From Octopus sinensis (Eukaryota), in NCBI RefSeq assembly GCF_006345805.1, contig NC_043007.1:29388001-29452000 (forward strand): DNA of 64,000 nucleotides, given 5' to 3'. The position numbers and the translations under genes were made by a program. The first letter of the stretch is position 1; each line of letters starts with the position of its first letter. The notes under the pieces are model-generated. The model did no database searches, was not told where the DNA came from, and saw only the letters and a program-made list of their open reading frames with translations. Below are positions 12,616 to 27,113 of this stretch, one piece after another.

Positions 12616-14427
12616 TATATATATATATATATATATATGCAAAACATTCAAACACTAAGATTTGAAATCAGATGTCACTACTGTTCATATTATCGTGGAT
12701 AAATTTTAAAATTGATGATATCACCATCAGTGACATAGGTGGATCTCAGGCGCAATAGCATTAAATAACTATGAATTATATATTTGCACGAAGCGTAATG
12801 ATGCTTAACAAGCATCACTACCTGCTATATATATATATATAGTGGCTATGAGGAAAGAAGGGGTAGGCGTGGCTGGGTGGCAAGAATATATGATGTTCAT
12901 GCCACCTGTGAAAGGCACGAGAGGTATCAATATATTTCGGGAATGGAAAACAGCAGGTAGAGGCTCACCGTGTGAGAGCTCACTCCAAGCTGTATGTTAT
13001 CGTTAGGTTTCAGGTCAGCTCTGACTGAGTGGACTTACAATCAAAGACGTTCTAAGCGTGACTAACCAGTCTTAGTGTTTCAGATGTTGTACCTCTAATG
13101 TCATTCACATTTTAAGACGGTAGGATGTGATTCGAGGAGGATTTGGCTACTATTTCTAGCAGAGAAAACATTATTCAACGTATCCTTCGTTTCTAAAATG
13201 GTAAAGTGTGATTGGAGGAAAATTTGGCCTCTATCTCAGATAGGAGTGCGGCCATGTAGAGGTTCCCGCAGTGGTTCTGCTGTATTCGTACTGCATCTAT
13301 TTAAAATATTTGCAACCAGTCAAGATTCCAATAATATTTCTGTGGAAGAAAATAAATCTACAAAATGATAATTGCTTTCAAAAATCGGATTCTTCGATTA
13401 TTGCCATACCTCTGTTGTCATCTTCTTAGCCCTATCCACGCTCATCTCCCTGTCATCCTGTTCATGAGCAAATCTTCGATCTTTTGTTCAATAAGTCTTA
13501 ATATTGAACGATTTTCTTCTTGTTCATGAAATGTCTGGCAGAGTAAAAACCTATTTTTTTCGATTATGTTCGGACTGATGGTTTGACCTTTGTATTGCAC
13601 ATTTGATTAACTCGGAAACATTCACAGCCCTGGAATCGATAGGCCGAGGTTAGGACAGAAAAAAATATATCCTGCAGTTAATATTTGATGCAACAATACA
13701 TTTGTTCCCACTTGCTTTCGTTCTTTTTTTTCTTTTTGCTTTACATATAAAGTCATAATGGCGCCCACAGCTAAAATATGCAAGGCCGCCAGATGTCAGC
13801 AGCGTCACTTCCCACAGTTCGTGATCTTGTGGCTTGGAAATTCACTACTATCAGACGATCAGATAATCTACTACGCATAAATAACTGACAGAGAAAGAAA
13901 GCCAAGTAATTCTTATATAAGCTGATTATGTAATTTAGAGGTAATTTCTAAGCCACGAACGAATTAACGATGATCCCCAAACTGCTTATATATCCACCAT
14001 TGATCTAGGAAACTCTCTCACATATAACTTGATGCTGTTGTTTCCATTTTTCTTTCCAACTATCGAATCATTCCTTTCAAATTCAATTACTTTTCTGATA
14101 ATTCGCTGACTTTAAATAATTTGGTTTCCTTGATTTAATAAGTCTAGTTCAGTGGCCGTCATTTACATAGGGACACAATGGAAGGTCTATATGTGGCCCA
14201 CACTGTTGAAATGTTAATGATCTGTTACTGGCCGTCGACACTTCATTCCCTAGATGGCCATTCTAATTGCTTCTCTTTCCAATTTAAAATGCCTCATAAT
14301 CAGGCAAAAGTAATAAATACAACAGAAACAGTAGCAGTAGTGGTAGTAGTAGTAGTAGTAGTAGTAGCAGTAGCAGTAGAAACAGAAATTATATTGATAA
14401 GTTGGTAATAAAAATTATAGCAATGAT

Positions 14428-14506
<79 letters not shown>

Positions 14507-14520
14507 TATTATTATTATTA

Positions 14521-14690
14521 AGGCAGCGAGTGGCGGAATCGTTAGCACGCCGGACAAAATGCTTAGCGGTATTTCTTCCAGTTTTATGTTCTGAGTTCAA
14601 ATACCGCCGAGGTCGACTTTGTCTTTCATCCTTTCAAAATTGATAAAATAGTTCCAGTTCTGCACTGGGTTCGATGTAACCAACTAACCG
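14521..14690 (+). mobile_element. SINE family B copy
   Basis: Full head GGCAGCGAGTGGCGGAATCGTTAGCACGCCGG plus core. Confidence 0.8.
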
Positions 14691-14789
14691 CCTCCTCCTC
14701 CTCCTCCTCCTCCTCCTCCCCCTCCCACTACCCCGCCCTCTGGTTGTAGCAAAAAGAACAATTGTTAATAATAATTGCTAGTTATAATA

Positions 14790-15170
14790 ATTCTTTCTAA
14801 TTTTGGCACAAAGCCAGCAATTTTAGGAGGTGGAGGAAGCAGTCGATTACCTTGGCCTCAACTGGTACTTATTGTATCGACCCCGAAGGATGAAATGCAA
14901 GGTCGACCTCGGTGGAATTTGAACTCAGAATGTAAGCCGGAAGAAATGTTGCCAGAAATTTTGTCCGGCGCAGTAATGTTTCTGCTAGTGCACCGCCTTA
15001 ATAATAATAATACATCGGCCTCAGTGTATCACTGGTACTTAATTTATCGACCCCGCAAGGATGAAAAGCAAAATCGACCTCGGTGGAATTTGAACTCAGA
15101 ACGTGGTGACGGACGAAATACTGCGAAGCATTTCGCCCGGAATGCTAAGAATTTTGCCAGCTCGCTGCCT
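14790..15170 (-). mobile_element. Two adjacent SINE family B copies (about 14790-14995 and 15020-15170)
   Basis: The reverse-complement core CTGGTACTTA..TATCGACCCC..AGGATGAAA.GCAA..TCGACCTCGGTGGAATTTGAACTCAGAA occurs twice. Confidence 0.8.
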
Positions 15171-15202
15171 CAAAAATAATGATGATAATAATAATAATAA
15201 TA

Positions 15203-15252
<50 letters not shown>

Positions 15253-17063
15253 TAATAATAGTTGATGCTTTCTCAATACAAAGGGAACAGAAATACGGCA
15301 GAAATAATATTGATAACAACAACAACAACAATTCTAATAAAAGCTATTAAGACTAAAACTTATATGAAGTCCCTTACAAAGTCAGAAATAAACCTGGCAG
15401 TTTGCCCTGGAGTCAGCAGAAAAAAATCGCTATCATCATCGTCACCACCACCATCACCACCACCACCAATATCATCATCATCATCATCATCATCATCTTC
15501 TTCTTCTTCTTCTCTTCTTCTTCTTCTTCTTCTTCTTTCTTCTTCTTCTTCTTCTTCTTCTTCTTCTTCTATTCACTACAACAAAACTTTCCCATTTCTT
15601 TTCATAATAAATCTTTATTACTTTTTTTTCAATCGATTTAGATTCTCCCTTTTTCTCACCCAGCTTCCCTCTCCCTCTCCCTCTCCCTCTCTCTCTCTCT
15701 CTCTCAATACGGATGCCGCCTGCCTAAACAGATGCTTCGTTTCCAATTTGATGTCTTCTGACAGATGTTTCCTGCTCAGCGTCTTCCAACATGTTGTCTA
15801 TTTAGTACCATCCAACCGATGTTTCGTTTACAATACAGCAGCAGCAGTAGCAGTAGTAGTAGTGGTGGTGGTGTTAGTAGTAGCTGCAGTGGTGGTGGCA
15901 GTAGTAGCTTCTAAGAGAGATTATGCTAATACCTTGGTGAACTCTAGCGTCGACATCAAGAGAAAGCTTGCCAGCGGACAGACGGTCTTTGGGTCACTGA
16001 ATTGAACGATAATTTAACAAATATTTTCGCTTTATTACAATCCAACTGCTTCCTCTATAGAATAAATTCCAGCAGAAGTTTCATATCTCCTCCTCCTCCT
16101 CCTCTCCTCCTCTCCTCTCCTCTTCTTCTTCTTCTTCTTCTTCTTCTTCTTCTTCTTCTTCTTCTTCTTCTTCTTCTTCTTCTTCTTCTTCTTCTTCTAG
16201 CGGCAGCAGTCTGACAAATTGCAGAGATTGGGGACGAAGGCAAGTTGTTTTGCGAAGGTTCTAGAAGTTTGACAAAGTTATAAAAAGCTAGGATATTGTA
16301 TACTCAAACAAGATAACCTCAGGTTATAACTTTTTCAGTCAGTTTTGTGATAAGGTTTTCTCACTTTTTTTTTTATTATTTAGTCTGACTTTAAAAACTA
16401 TGAATGATTCTCATATAAATAACTAAAATATTTTGCCATGAAAACTTTTAATTATCACATTCACTAATTCAAGCATACTGTTTTAATTATTGAGATGGAA
16501 ATGCAAATGTTCTTGGTAATGAAATATATGGAAACTTATGTTATTGTGGCCATACTCTCTTTTACACGCAACCTTAATAATATTGTGCCTTATCAACCAC
16601 AATTTAATGACCCCTGAAAAGAAAAAAATTATATTTATTGTAAATAAAAAGTAAAGCTCACAAATTATTTTGCGGCCTGAAGCATCTCAGAATAAACCCC
16701 TTGACGCTAATTCGACCTTTCCAGTTTATAAAAATATGTGTTATTCATTGCATAATATCGAGTTCTCTTATTTAGGATATAGGGGAATATGTCCGTTAAA
16801 GTTTTCAGCCTCTCTTTATTTCGATACAGACATACACTCTATACAGACATATACTCATATACCAAAACACGTGTATGCAAATATGTGTGTGTGTGTGTGT
16901 GTGTGAGCTTATAAATATTTGCTTATAAATGATTATATAGATTAGCATGTATGCATACATGCGAACAAGTGACTATTTTATAAAACCAGACATGATTAAT
17001 TGAAGAATCGCAGCACACACATATTTCGATAGACATGCAAAACTATATTACACAGTAAAATCG

Positions 17064-18313
17064 ACAGGGTGCCTTCAAGAAGCTCTGAGACTTTTTCTTT
17101 CTTTGGAAAGGAGGCAGTTATAAACTCTCCTGGATTATTGTAATCTTTGTCTATCATTGCTATGCATCGAATAAGCTGATCTGCCAACTTTTTTATTATT
17201 TCACAATGAAGATTAGTTTTCAGAATGCAGTCGGGACGTGAAGGCAATTTGAAAACTCACTATGCGATAAAGTTTTGTGCTAAACTGGACAAAAACGATA
17301 CGGAAACTCAAGAAATACTCCAGACTCCTTACGGATAAATTTGTATGAGCCGAGAATTTATTTCCGTTAGCACAAGATTCTAGGACGGTAGAGAGGAGAT
17401 GAGAGATGATGAGGGCTGTGGGAGGGAGAGGAACATCAGAACATCAGAGCTGGTTGAGAAAATTCGCCATTTTCTGGATGAAGGTCGTTGTGTCTATAAA
17501 AGAAGGTAGCAAAGAGTTTGATGTTAGTTGGGCAAGTTTACACCGAATTATTCACGAAGATATAAAGATGGGCAAAACTTGTGCAAAATTTGTTCCCAGG
17601 TTGTTCAGCGACGAACAGAAGGAAAGACGAGTTGGTGAAAGCAGGGAGAAGTTTCAGCTCATTACTTCTAAGCTAAGAATACTTGTGTCTCTTGGCCTGT
17701 GACGAAAGAAAGAGGGATCTATCGCTCTGATCCAAAGACAAAGAGGTAGGGTACCCAATGGAATCATCCTGGCTCACCCAGACCCAAGAAGGCCTAGAAC
17801 AGCAAGTCAACCGGGATTCTCTTTGGCCAGAGGGTCAACAAAGAGCACTTTGTGGAGGTTCTGAGAGAGTCGAGGAAGAAATTTCATCACAAAAGGGACA
17901 GAGCTCTTCCACTTGGGTCGGTGGCCCCTGCACCAGGACAATACATCAGTCCATGATTCCATTCTGGTTACTAACTACTTGATAAATATTGGTATCAGAA
18001 CTGTCCTTCACCTTCCCTGCAGTCCAAACGTTGTTCCCTGTGACTTTTGATTGTTTCAAAAGCTGAAGGAGAACCTCAGGGCTAGTTGTTTTGAAGATAT
18101 TGAGATGAAGAAAGCTGTGACAAGGGTCCTGGGCACGTTCACTTTGGAGGATCTCCACCAGGCTTTCCTAAAATGACTCCTCGAATGCTACAATAAGAGC
18201 ATTGAAGTCAGACAATCCTACTTTGAAGGAGATTAGAATTTTGTACTTCTTTCAAATTAATAACTCTCTCGCTCTCTCAGAAAAGTCTCAAAACTTCGGG
18301 AATGCAATTTGTA
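17064..18313 (+). mobile_element. Mariner (Tc1/mariner) DNA transposon, full length, transposase pseudogenised
   Basis: Peptide fragments YAIKFCAKLDKNDTETQEILQTPYG, KTCAKFVPRL, CDE..IY..DPKTKR*GTQW..PGSPRPKK, LHQDNT..H and HLPCSPNVVPCDF*LF match mariner transposase motifs, with stops and frameshifts. Degenerate TIRs at 17064-17098 and 18279-18313 share GAAG.T.TGAGACTTTT; TA at the right end. Confidence 0.9.
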
Positions 18314-18715
18314 CACACACACACACACACACACACACTTACGCACGCACATGTACACAAGTAAATATACACACACACATATATATATATATTTATGGTT
18401 CAGACATAGGAGAAGAGATTGAAAGCAGCGCTCATTTGCCAACCATCAAATAATTCTGGAAACCGATAGTCCCCGAGGAACTCTTGTCTTCCAGAAAAGA
18501 CTTTTGGATGATTACGGTATCTGCACAACCAGAATATTGCTTAGTGAAAACACACACACACACACGCTTAAGTGTACGTGTATCAATTACGTGAGTGTGT
18601 GTCTGTGAATGCTGGTTGTGCAAACGGGCCGCGTGAGTTGATAGTGGTTTCGCATGTAGATACATTTAAATGATCAATATTGACTCAATACGATGTGTGC
18701 AGCATATATATATAT

Positions 18716-19341
18716 ATTATATAAAAGGGCTTAGTAAAATAAATTACTTTGCCACATACTGAACTCATTAGAAATAGTAGCTAAAAAAACTTTTTTAAAA
18801 CTATTTCTATACTTAAAGAAAATCTCTCTCATATAGTGCTTGCTCATTCAACTCACGAAAGTATGGGGGTAAAGACATTAAAAAATCAAATGCAAAGGTT
18901 ATTTGTGAACGTACGTTTCTAGATAGTCAACTCGACATTTCTATCATCACAGCTCAGAACTCCTTGGTTTGGATTTGAAAACCCTGAAAGTGGGAGCATA
19001 CCCTTTCGGCTCTTATCGCTTCTGAAGATCTGCTCGAAACTAACAGTGCCAGCAAACTCAAAATATGCAAGCGAAGAATTTCTGCTCTCCCCTTTCCACC
19101 AGCGTGGGTTAAAATCAGTAAACACTATGCTTTTTCGGTAAAATCCGAAGCATTAAATAGAGAGAGATGAATTATAATTTCAACAATTGAGGGTAAAATT
19201 AATTAATTATTAATCAATTTCACCAAGTATTCAGTATGCAAAGGGACCATTTAAGGCGAATTCAATTATTACATTATATAAAAGGGCTTAGTAAAATAAA
19301 TTACTTTGCCACATACTGAAATCATTAGAAATAGTAGCTAA
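18716..19341. repeat. Element with 69-bp terminal direct repeats (18716-18784 and 19273-19341), flanked by (AT)n
   Basis: attatataaaagggcttagtaaaataaattactttgccacatactgaa(c/a)tcattagaaatagtagctaa occurs twice with 1 mismatch. Confidence 0.85.
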
Positions 19342-19445
19342 TATATATATATATATATATAATTATATATATATATATATATAGATATATATATATATAT
19401 ATATATCATATATATATATATATCTACATATATATATATACATAC

Positions 19446-19478
<33 letters not shown>

Positions 19479-19529
19479 TATCTATATATATATATAGATA
19501 TATATAATATTACATATAACATACATACA

Positions 19530-19574
<45 letters not shown>

Positions 19575-20329
19575 CACATATATGTATACACACACACACA
19601 CACATTTATATGTATGTACGTATGTATAGACGTGTATGTGTATATATATGCATATATATACATATATGTATGCGTGTATACGCACATACGTATGTGTGTG
19701 AGTATATATATATATATCAATTCATGCATTCATACATACACACACACACACATATATATATACATACATACACACACATATACATATACCTACACATATA
19801 ATTTCCCACTTCAGATATTCGTGCCTCCGTGAATACAAATCATTCATCACACACAGACTCATAAACTTACTCAGTGCGCGTATATATATATAAGTGTATT
19901 CATACACACACATATATATATATATATATGTTAAGAGCTAAATGGTAATAAATTCCTCTAATATCATCAATTCGGTCAGTTGCAATCCGGAGAGGAGATC
20001 CGCATCATAGTCATGATATCAAAATTCAAGAAACTACACTCCTCCTCCTCCCCCCCTCCTCCCCTCCTTCTTTTTTTTTTTCTTCTTCTTCTTCTTCTTC
20101 TTCTTCTTCTTCTTCTTCTTCTTCTTCTTCTTCTTCTTCTTCTCTTCTTCTTCTCTTCTTCTTCTTCTTCGTGTTTCCGATTGGATAAACATTTTCTAAG
20201 TCTATAATGGTGACATCCACTCCTCCTCCTCCTCCTCCCCCTGATATTCATTTTTAACAAAGGCACACAACCGAATCGACTAAACCCATTTTAAGGGGAA
20301 GGGTCATTATTTACATCCCCCACCCCGCC

Positions 20330-20537
20330 GATACTTGGCTTGTGATTTACTTTATCAGCCCTCGGAGGAAGGAAAGGAAAATTGGTCTCACCAGGATTTG
20401 AACTGAAAACGTAAAAAAGAGGAAGAAATACCTATTTCTTTACTACCCACAAGGGGTTAAACACAGAGAGGACAAACAAGGACTGACAAACGGATTAAGT
20501 CGATTATATCGACCCTAGTGCGTAACTGGTACTTATG

Positions 20538-20545
<8 letters not shown>
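20330..20545 (-). mobile_element. SINE family B pieces, including a second copy of the Tx1-like tail (20435-20467)
   Basis: Reverse complement TCTGTGTTTAACCCCTTGTGGGTAGTAAAGAAA plus family-B core. Confidence 0.75.
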
Positions 20546-20584
<39 letters not shown>

Positions 20585-21510
20585 GTATATATGTATGTAT
20601 ATATGAATATGCGTACAAGTATTCTCTCTATATGTATATGCTATGAAAATCGAGGTAGAGAGGAATAAGTGGATAGCCAAGAGTGTATTGAAGGAAAGAC
20701 TTCCGTCAAGTGATGCCAGTAAAGTATACCGTTAAGTAATGGAATAATGTGTCCAAAGCAATGTCTAATGGCCACTAGATAATGCAAGAGCGCTTCAGAC
20801 ATGGCCACCATCGTTCTCTTCAGCAAACGATTTTTAATGAATTCAGAGCGAAGTAAATGTGAAGAATTTGAAGAAATGATTGAATTATGTAAAACAGAAC
20901 GAAAAAGAGAGAAGTCCTTCAAGTCAAGTGTTTATGGACTATAAATTATTGTGGAAATTCTGTTTTATGATTTTGAATTTGAAGCAGTTTTTCCTAGAAT
21001 TCTTTTGAAGTAGAGGAAATAAATATTCTGTTAAACGTTGTATCATACATACACAACATCCATGTATGCTGTGCCGGTGACATGATGGCTAGAGGAGCAA
21101 TATACGATAAAGTTTAACGATTAATAAGTCTAGAAGTGATTCGTGGTGCATAAAAATAAAAAAAGACAGAAGAAACATAGAAGCTGAAAGCCATTAGGAA
21201 TTGAAAAAAATATTTACAAACGAATTGCAAGAAGTGAAATGGAAGAATAACAAAAAGAAGGAAAGGATAATGTAAAATGAAAGTCTAACGCAGTTGTGGA
21301 TTTGATGTATATTTTAGAAGGCATTGGTAGATTGATTGGCGTGTGGACATGGATGCAAGGAAAGCCGCTTATTACAGTCATGGATAGTGTCATCGAGCGG
21401 TTATTGTTATCTCAAAGGTTTCGTTGCCAAGTGATCAAACTAAGAGGTCTCGTCTGTATATACATTGTTGCAGCTCACACATACGCACACATACGTGTGT
21501 ATATATATAT

Positions 21511-21678
21511 AGGTGCAGGGCAGGGGTGGCTGTGTAGTAAGAAGCTCGTTTCCCAACTACATGGTTCCGAGTTCAGTCCCACAGCAGGACACTTTGGGCA
21601 AGTGTCTTTTACTATAGCCCCGAGCCGACCAAAGACTTATGAGAAGGTTTGGTAGCAGGAAACTGAAAGAAGCCCACG
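21511..21678 (+). mobile_element. SINE family A head half
   Basis: GTGGCTGTGTAGTAAGAAGCTCGTTTCCCAACTACATGGTTCCGAGTTCAGTCCC...GGAAACTGAAAGAAGCCC. Confidence 0.8.
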
Positions 21679-22892
21679 GCGTCTCAGAGTCTCCTTACAC
21701 AGGTGACTCGTGAGTCTGATGAACACGCATCGTCTAAAAGGCAGAGGTGTTCTCCGATGACCAAAAGAAACAAAGGAAAATGAAACAACAACAGCGACCA
21801 ACAAGTCGACGCTCGAATTTGCCGGGACCTCTTAATTACGAAGAGTTATTAAGTTATTGTTTGGATTGTCGCAGTTCTGCGAGCAGCTCGTGAAGGAAAA
21901 TTTAAAGGAAAAATGTAGAAAGATATTTGTAGCCATTGAAGAACCAAAAAGAAAAAAAAAAGGAAGGCAACTGGCGAGATGCTTATCTCCCTTGACATGC
22001 AGGGGGAGCAACCAGTCTCCTGAGAGGTTACTTATCTCTAAACATTTGGGTAAAAAAATACATGATACGCGTAAGAGACATTAATTGGATTCTAGACGTC
22101 GCCATCATCTGCTCATAATGTTCTCCGTTAGAGGATGACATTTTGTGGAAGACACACAGACGTTTAAAGGTATTCCGTCCAAGGTTATCGCAATTATTTT
22201 CAGTCATAATCTTTCTAGGGCTACATTTACCAATGTGTCCTTAGTTTATTAAGACAGAAGAGTGTAATTTGATGGAGACTAGACAGCTATTTCTAGCACG
22301 CTCCCGACGTTTGTAGAGACTCTTGTTTAGTAGTTGTTTTGCTACGCCACCGTCTCAACCACTGGTGTCCAGTGTCTCTCTGACGAAGATCAGGGCTGAC
22401 TGTATGAAGCCTTAAGTTTAGAACGGGATAGCTGTGTGGGGAGGAAGCAGTGCGTCAATGGGAGACCGTTAAGCAGGCCACGTAGCCGGTTGACATATAA
22501 TCCTAGTCCTGTTCAGAGAGCTAGGCTTTTTACACATTTCTCGGGAGCCAAACATCTTCAATGTTTACTGTACGAGAGAATATCCACATTGACATGATGT
22601 GTAACCATGGTAACTGAGCAGCTTAAGGACAAAGTCCGCTTGTGTTTGCGTACAAACGGGATGTGAACGAAACAGATGACTCACACAAAGAAACACACAC
22701 ACACACACACACACCACACACACACACACACACATGTATGTATGTATGTAAGAGATGTATATATAGGCATTTATGTATGAATATATACATACACTTACAT
22801 GCAGACACATAAAATGTATGTGTGTGTTTGTGTGTGCATTCACGTAGGTACATGCATATGTAAATGTGTGTGGTGTGTGTATACACAAATCC

Positions 22893-22948
<56 letters not shown>

Positions 22949-23192
22949 GCCTATATATACATCTCGTACATACATACATATATGTGTGTGTGTGATATAT
23001 ATATATATTCTTTTTTCGAATTTTTCCTGGTATTGCCATAATTTCCATTGAGTATTGTCATCAACATCTCAACTATAATCCTCCTCCTCATCATCGTCAC
23101 CGTCATCATCATCATCATCATCCACACCAGCACCAGCACTAACACCACCACCACCACCACCACCACCACCACCACCACCACTACCACCACCG

Positions 23193-23237
<45 letters not shown>

Positions 23238-23509
23238 ACAACATGATCAGGACCCTCTTCATAGCCAATACGTCCAGTTCAGCTATCGATTAGTTAACAA
23301 CTATCATCCGGAAGTATCAATAGTGTCCTCTAGCGGAGACATTCAGGAACGTTCCCATGATGCCATAGGTTTTTATTGGCTGGTGCCAAACAACAAGAAA
23401 GTGTTATACATACATATATGCAAACACACACACACATGCATACGCACATGCATACGCACATACATATATACATATATTACAAGCATGCATGCATACAGAC
23501 ATAGAGATA

Positions 23510-24255
<746 letters not shown>

Positions 24256-25052
24256 CCCCCCCTCTCTCTATCCATCTGTTCTGCGCTCGCGTGCGCGTGT
24301 CTATTTATGCTGCAAGTGTCACTAACGATTTCACCAACATCCGTGGTTCCGCTCTTTCGGATGTAAGGATTGGAGCAAGAGTAGACGATGTGTACAGCTT
24401 CTCTTGCGGGAAACGCCGAAACATCTTTTAAAGGAAATGAATGGAAGAGAAAGAAAAAACTAAACTAAACAATAAGCAAATGAAAATAACCAGAAAAGCA
24501 AACAAATTCCATGAAAATGTTCCAAAGAATGATTGAATCTGCTACTGGATGTGGCTTTGACACTGAGAAAGGTATATTAATTCTTCCCCCCAAATAGAGT
24601 CCGGCAGCTCAATTATTCTTCAGAAAATCCTTCAAGAATTTTACGCTTTTTTCCATTCTTTTTTCTGAGTACTTTGCTATGTTTTTTATAAAGTCTATAC
24701 AATCATGCCCACACCCCCCACACACAAACACAGACACACACACACACACACACACACATCACATACATGCATATTGGTTATTTTGTTCCGTTCCACAAGG
24801 AGAAAATTCGCTTGCAACAATTCATGATAAATGGGACGGGAAAACATTTGATGAATTCACGTATTTTCATATCAGCAGCAAAAGAAACGTCTTTCTATTT
24901 GAACATTTTGAAAATCAGTATAAACTGTGAAACCGGTGAATGCTTTAAATATTTTAATAAAAATATTTTAACTATTCTCAGTGTATTTTCAACTTCTATT
25001 TTTCATATATATGTAGATAGAAGATGCATGTATTATATGTATATATATAATA

Positions 25053-25099
<47 letters not shown>

Positions 25100-25107
25100 A
25101 TATAATG

Positions 25108-25176
<69 letters not shown>

Positions 25177-25289
25177 ATTATATATACATATACATATATA
25201 TATATATCTAATGTAGGATAAAATTTTTCTAAAAAAATTCTATCAATGGCCAGCATATTAAAAAGTACCTTTAAAGGTTAAATTTATAA

Positions 25290-25696
25290 ACAATTTATAA
25301 GTAAGGGCAAAAGAAAAAATTTCTAATGCCAAAATATGCCGAAAAAAGACACAACATCAATAACCATGTAATTTATCACTACAAGCACGTGTTTCGAAAG
25401 AAAGTCGACAGAAATTTCTAAAAAATCCCGTTATTACCATATCGGACCCGATTTCAGAGTTAGTTCATAAGACCCTTCCCTTCATCAGTGATAAATGTGG
25501 CAAAGAAATAAGTGAAATACTTACTTATACCCATGGAAGAAGATATGGTAATAACGGGATTTTTTAAAGAAATTTCTGTCGACTTTCTTTCGAACACGTG
25601 CTTGTAGTGATAAAATACATGGTTATTGACGTTATGTCTTTTTTCGGCATATTTTGGCATTAGAAATTTTTTCTTTTGCCCTTACTTATAAATTGT
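25290..25696. repeat. Long inverted repeat (arms 25290-25443 and 25542-25696, 98-bp spacer), probable Penelope-like terminal repeat
   Basis: Arms are near-perfect reverse complements (acaatttataagtaagggcaaaag... / ...cttttgcccttacttataaattgt). (AT)n on both sides. A hammerhead-like motif lies on the minus strand. Confidence 0.9.
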
Positions 25697-26184
25697 ATAT
25701 ATATATATATATAGATATATATATATATATATATATATGATATATACACACACAAAGTATTTAATCAAAATTAAATACTTTATTAATTTTTACCTAAACT
25801 GGTTTTTACGTAGTAGCTACTTGATTAAATCCTATAGAGATTATATATGTATGTATGTGTGTGTGGTGGTTTGCTTTTTGTTCAGTTTTAATTTTAAAAA
25901 ATTGCATTTATATAATGGGTTACTCTATAATTTTGTTGAGTACAAATTTAATATTCTTAAAGAATATTATCGACAATCACTTCGAAGTTTCTATCAGTGA
26001 AGCCATCTCTGGACGGTTTAACTGTTCGAAACTTTGAACTCATTGTCAATATATTTGTTTAAGAATAGTACGTATGTATATACATACACACACATACATA
26101 CATGCGTGCATACATACATACATACATACATTCACATAAATACATACATACATACATACATACATACATACATACATACATACA

Positions 26185-26216
<32 letters not shown>

Positions 26217-26379
26217 GGAGTAAATGTAAGCAAGTCAATATACAAAAAATATTAAATGTATTTAATATGAAAAAATATACATATGTGTGCATATAAAAAT
26301 GTCCGACTTACACAGAATAGCAATAATATCAGAGTTAAAGGGTTTGAGTATATATTATATATATATATATATATAATAT

Positions 26380-26413
<34 letters not shown>

Positions 26414-27072
26414 GTATATATTATATATCTTATATATATATTGCACACCACACATATACAAACACACACACGTACAACAAACAATCCATGAGCTAACTAC
26501 ATTCTAAATACCATTTGTGCTCACGCTATCAATAAATGAATAACTTTTTTCTCCTCCTACCGCCATCCCTCCGCCTTTTGATCGAGTGGATGAGATGAGG
26601 ACGGGGTGGGGTGGGGTTAGGGCTACTTCATATTTAGGATCACGATAGAATAAACATTGACCATATGTATCTTACACATACACACACACACATATACTTA
26701 CATATATTTATATCTATATATATATATATACAAACATCTATATGCATATATACACACAAACGCATATTGTATTCTCTAAAATGTGAGCACCGTGTTGCAG
26801 AAAAGCCAGGAGAGGCATCGGGAGCAACGAGATGTAGAAATGGGGGAGTGTGTGGGAAATGGGCATATATGAAATACACGAACAGAAGGAAATTGGGAAG
26901 AAGATCACAGCATCAACGGCAGCAACAACAACAACAACAACAACAAAGAAAGGAGCAACAGCAATAAAAGATATAACTAAAGATTAAAAAGAAAGTAGGA
27001 AGAAAAGTTTTTGTAAAGGAATTAGATTCCAACCTTCATGTGTATGTATGTATGCATGCATGTATGTATAAC

Positions 27073-27113
<41 letters not shown>

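Noticed and set aside
15690-15830. Minus-strand ..RKHLSEDIKLETKHLFRQAASVL.. reminiscent of an RTE RT C-terminal stretch
   Set aside because: Too short and degenerate to call.
18430-18500. ILETDSP, resembling the TatD motif
   Set aside because: Isolated 7-mer with an upstream stop and no other TatD motifs.
21699-21733. 35-nt minus-strand micro-exon candidate (ccttttag| ... TGT|gtaagg)
   Set aside because: Phase 1 to 0, so it would shift the frame of the downstream exon; no other support.
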